From the NCBI GenBank assembly GCA_963736855.1, contig CAVTQK010000009.1:608001-672000 (forward strand): 64,000 nucleotides of DNA. The letters run 5' to 3'. This DNA is from an uncultured delta proteobacterium. GTDB lineage: Bacteria > Desulfobacterota > Desulfobacteria > Desulfobacterales > UBA2156. Positions 60,816 through 64,000 of the stretch are shown here, in pieces. Made by a program: the position numbers and the translations under genes. The notes beneath the pieces were generated by a model that saw nothing but the letters and a program-made list of their open reading frames with translations, made no database searches and had not been told where the DNA came from. Within the stretch, counting starts at the first letter, position 1. Every line of letters begins with the position of its first letter.

Positions 60816-60824
60816 GTCGTCCTC

Positions 60825-61115
60825 CTACAATTTGCGCGCCAGTTGTAGCGCGGTCTTGATATCCTTGCTCTGTGTAGACTTGTTGCCCCCCGCCAGTAAG
60901 ATCACCAGTTCTATGCCGCGCTGTACGAAATACACTCGATAGCCCGGCCCATAGTGAATTCGCATCTCCGATACACCCTCACCCACCGGCGAGCAATCAC
61001 CGAAATTGCCATCTTCGGCCCGGTCGATGCGTGCTTGAATGCGCGCTACTGCCCGCTTGTCTTTCAGGCTGGCAAACCAAGCATCGAAGGTGTCCGTAGT
61101 CTGAATACTAATCAT
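60825..61115 (-). CDS. Addiction-module killer protein (RelE/ParE-like toxin)
   Basis: GNFGD...VGEGVSEMRIHYGPGYRVYF, LLAGGNKSTQ. Confidence 0.92.
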   Translation of the reverse strand: MISIQTTDTFDAWFASLKDKRAVARIQARIDRAEDGNFGDCSPVGEGVSEMRIHYGPGYRVYFVQRGIELVILLAGGNKSTQSKDIKTALQLARKL

Positions 61116-61182
61116 GATTTATATTTGTAGCATCTGGGATACAAAAAGGCAAGAACTATTTGATACGGCTCGGTACTGGCAA

Positions 61183-61266
61183 GCCCAATGCTTTGGATCA
61201 CTTGCAAAAAATAGTGCAAAGCGAAGCGGCGCGCTATTTTTTGTCAAGTGCATCCAATTGTTCGGC
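61183..61266 (-). repeat. attC site with degenerate R' (ATTGGGC)
   Basis: GCCGAACAATTGGATGCACTTGACAAAAAATAG / CTATTTTTTGCAAGTGATCCAA...ATTGGGC. Confidence 0.8.
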
Positions 61267-61707
61267 TTCCTTGAGCTTTTCAATATCAATTTTATCTTGT
61301 GGTCTTCCGCTAGCTTCCTTTGCACGGATAAGATCAGACCGTGAAATGAAGGGAATTTTAAAATTTTCCAATTGTACTATTTCACGTTTTTTCCAAGCAT
61401 CTTCGAATTCAATACCAGGTATCGACATCATTATATCAACCCTTATAGGAGGTCTTCCCATCTGATAAAAATATCCTTCGTGAGCGAAATCATCTGAAGT
61501 AAGATTTTCCAGTGGTGCACCAAATTCTTTTAAAGCAGCATATACAGCTTTTGCATTTTTTTGATCAGTCGCTATAAATAAATCGAGATCTTTCGTGAAA
61601 CGAGGTTCACTGTATTTCATCACTGCGTACCCGCCCACAACAAGATATCGAATTTTATACTTTTTGAAAAGTTTCAATAGATCTTTGAAGTCTGGACTCG
61701 TCAGCAT
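61234..61707 (-). CDS. Minimal nucleotidyltransferase-fold protein (gene cassette)
   Basis: YLVVGGYAV, PRFTKDLDL, DLIRAK.ASGRPQDKID. Confidence 0.82.
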   Translation of the reverse strand: MLTSPDFKDLLKLFKKYKIRYLVVGGYAVMKYSEPRFTKDLDLFIATDQKNAKAVYAALKEFGAPLENLTSDDFAHEGYFYQMGRPPIRVDIMMSIPGIEFEDAWKKREIVQLENFKIPFISRSDLIRAKEASGRPQDKIDIEKLKEAEQLDALDKK

Positions 61708-61852
61708 TTTTCCCTCGAATTAAAAAATAATCATTTAACATTTCCGTTACCGCCTCAAAAATAGCAAGATCTCCTTGGGATTGCCAGAAGCGAATATCAA
61801 ATGAACGTCTGTCACCTTTTATACGTTGATATTTTTCTTCTATTTTTATCAT
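61655..61852 (-). CDS. Small partner protein of the nucleotidyltransferase
   Basis: 65 aa, overlaps the downstream start; FDIRFWQ...IFEA motif; inside the same cassette. Confidence 0.65.
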   Translation of the reverse strand: MIKIEEKYQRIKGDRRSFDIRFWQSQGDLAIFEAVTEMLNDYFLIRGKNADESRLQRSIETFQKV

Positions 61853-61875
61853 TTCTTATTCCTATGGTTTTATGT

Positions 61876-61925
61876 ATGCAACATTCCGCATCACCGACTG
61901 CGTCCGGTGAATGCGGTGGTTATCA
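61876..61925 (-). repeat. Short attC-like site
   Basis: TGATAAC CACCGCATTCACCGGAC / GTCGGTGATGCGG...GTTGCAT; only 50 bp. Confidence 0.6.
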
Positions 61926-62097
61926 GCCAATGAACCGGCCCGAATCATTTTTCTTTGCCGGGGTTTCGTAGCCGATTCATATCTTCCCGCCGAATTGACA
62001 TGGCCGGGTTTTTGACCGGCCCGGCGCAATTTCACATCGCGAATCAATACCATATCAACCGGATATTGTAACGGGTATAAACCTTGCGGTCTTTCCC

Positions 62098-64000
62098 TTA
62101 CCCCTTGATCAACAGTTCTCTTTTAAAGGGCAGCTCTCTCAGCCTCACCCCCGTGGCCTTGAATAAAGCATTGGCCACAGCAGGGGCCACCGATGGGAAA
62201 ACAGGCTCGCCGACGCCCCCGGGCTTAAGAGTGTTCTTGGCGATATGCACTTCTATTTCCGGCACTTCAGACATGGTAAGAACAGGGTAATCATCATAAT
62301 TGGCCGTCTTCACACCGCCGTTTTCAAAACGGACCTTTTCATGAAACGCAACACTCAATCCCATGACGACGCCGGCCTCGGACTGGGCCCGGATCGCATC
62401 CGGGTAAACGGCAGTGCCGCAGTCCAGGGCGCAGACCATCTTGTGAACGGTGATCTTCCCCTTTTCGTTTACCGACACCTCCGCCATGTGGGCCGCAAAC
62501 GACTCAAAACAGGACGTTACGGCCACCCCTCTTGCCCTGCCTTCGGGGACAGGAGTCCCCCAAGCGGCTTTCTCCGCCAGAAGAGACAGAATGTTATAAG
62601 GTCTGCCGTCTTTTTCCATGTGATCAAGGCGGAATTGAACCGGATCCTTTCCGGCGGCATGGGCCAGTTCATCCATAAAGGATTCGACAGTGAAAGCATT
62701 GACGGAGTATCCCACCGACCGCCACCACCCCACGGTTACGGGCGAATTTATCATCACATAGTTCACAAGCAGGTTCGGGAGAGAATAAGGCATATCCGCG
62801 ATGCCCGAAACCGCATCCTGATCAATGCCGTCCTTCACATATTGAGGCATCAGCCTGGACATCACGGACGGCGCGGCAACTGTATGCGACCAGGCGATTA
62901 CCCTGCCGTTCTTATCCAATCCAGCCCTTATTTTGCACTGACTTGCCGGACGGAAGCGGTCATTGGCAAAGTCATCCTCACGACTCCAGATCACTTTGAC
63001 CGGACGGTTCAGTGTTTTGGAAAGCAAAACCGAATCCTCAACCGGATCCTGTTCCCCGCGCAGGCCGAAACCGCCGCCGGCCGGCAGGGTCATCACCTCA
63101 ACCTTTTCAATGGGTAGGCCGGTTAATTTGGATGCCGTGAGTTGGGTAGCGGTCTGCCGCTGGGTCGGTATCCATACCCTGCAACGCTCTTTTTCCACAT
63201 GGGCAGTGCAGTTGATCGGCTCGGCCTGGGCGTGAGAGATATAGGGTAACTTGTAGGATTGTTCTATTGTCTGAGCAGCTTCCGCCAATGCTTTTTTCAC
63301 ATCACCGCCGGTTTTAGCCACTGATGCCGGTTTCTCAAGATGTTCTTTAAATAACGCATCCAGGGTATCATCATTCAGGTCCGGATGAGACCCTTTTGAC
63401 CATCTGATATTGAGAGCATTCCGCCCTTTCATGGCCGCATAGGTCGTTTCCGCGCATACCGCAATCCTGTTTTTAAGGGGCGCTACTTTGATCACTCCCT
63501 TGACCGCCATGGCCGCCTTTTCATCATAGGATCGAAACGAAGCTCCGTAATGGGGCGGGCGGGCGACAAAGGCAACGCACATGCCGGGTATGGTGAAATC
63601 AATACCGAAAACGGTTTTTCCCATTACTTTGTCCGGAATATCCATCCGCTCCCTTTGGGTGCCGATAATGCGGTAATCCTTTGGATCCTTCAGGGGCGGA
63701 TACTCGGGGACCGGTCGTTTCCCGGCGGCTTCCGCTAACTGGCCAAAGGTGAGGCTGCGTCCGTCCGGATGAATGACTTTGCCGTCTTTTGAGGCACATT
63801 TTTCGGCGGGAATCTTCCACTGCTCCGCCGCGGTTTCAACCAGCATCCGCCGGGCGGCGGCGCCAACCTTGCGGAGCAAATCCCAGCGATGGCGGATACT
63901 GCTGCTGCCGCCGGTCGCCTGCTCATGCCATACAGGGCTTTTAAACGGTTCCGCCGCGAGCGCCATTTTTACCCGCACTTTTTCCCATGCCGCATCCAGT
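62098..64000 (-). CDS. Xanthine dehydrogenase-family molybdopterin-binding subunit (isoquinoline 1-oxidoreductase beta-like), 5' end outside window
   Basis: QATGGSSS, HAQAEP, GGGFG, WWRSV, ESFMDELA, GGVGEP. Confidence 0.92.
   Translation of the reverse strand, partial: LDAAWEKVRVKMALAAEPFKSPVWHEQATGGSSSIRHRWDLLRKVGAAARRMLVETAAEQWKIPAEKCASKDGKVIHPDGRSLTFGQLAEAAGKRPVPEYPPLKDPKDYRIIGTQRERMDIPDKVMGKTVFGIDFTIPGMCVAFVARPPHYGASFRSYDEKAAMAVKGVIKVAPLKNRIAVCAETTYAAMKGRNALNIRWSKGSHPDLNDDTLDALFKEHLEKPASVAKTGGDVKKALAEAAQTIEQSYKLPYISHAQAEPINCTAHVEKERCRVWIPTQRQTATQLTASKLTGLPIEKVEVMTLPAGGGFGLRGEQDPVEDSVLLSKTLNRPVKVIWSREDDFANDRFRPASQCKIRAGLDKNGRVIAWSHTVAAPSVMSRLMPQYVKDGIDQDAVSGIADMPYSLPNLLVNYVMINSPVTVGWWRSVGYSVNAFTVESFMDELAHAAGKDPVQFRLDHMEKDGRPYNILSLLAEKAAWGTPVPEGRARGVAVTSCFESFAAHMAEVSVNEKGKITVHKMVCALDCGTAVYPDAIRAQSEAGVVMGLSVAFHEKVRFENGGVKTANYDDYPVLTMSEVPEIEVHIAKNTLKPGGVGEPVFPSVAPAVANALFKATGVRLRELPFKRELLIKG

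Overview
Gene content (selB, two korABC sets, DUF2333, GcvT-SHMT fusion) suggests an anaerobic sulfate-reducer-type bacterium, probably Desulfobacterales-like; this is an inference. Bases 1-49.8 kb are mostly housekeeping and energy genes: a NuoEFG/HydABC-like module, two 2-oxoacid:ferredoxin oxidoreductase operons, a heavily frameshifted Na+-translocating acyl-CoA decarboxylase operon, miaA, asnS, apt, mtnP, selB, hemW, acnA, icd, a larA-like gene, hutH, gcvT-glyA, mltG, nagZ, tsaD, purM, alaC, hom, thrH and rfaE1. Four copies of a ~150-bp MITE with 6-bp target duplications punctuate this region. After tRNA-fMet (49737-49813) lies an accessory region with an sce7726-family gene, a beta-family remnant, an IS1634 element, a decayed group IIC intron inserted in an attC site, and an integron-type cassette array with no integrase in the window (about 8 attC sites, 3-4 toxin-antitoxin cassettes). 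The most novel candidate is a 62-aa ORF absent from the ORF track, behind purM (43207-43395, minus strand), with a C-K-T-UGA (CxxU) motif followed directly by a SECIS-like hairpin: a possible undescribed small selenoprotein. All family calls come from motif recognition by eye; no database searches were run.
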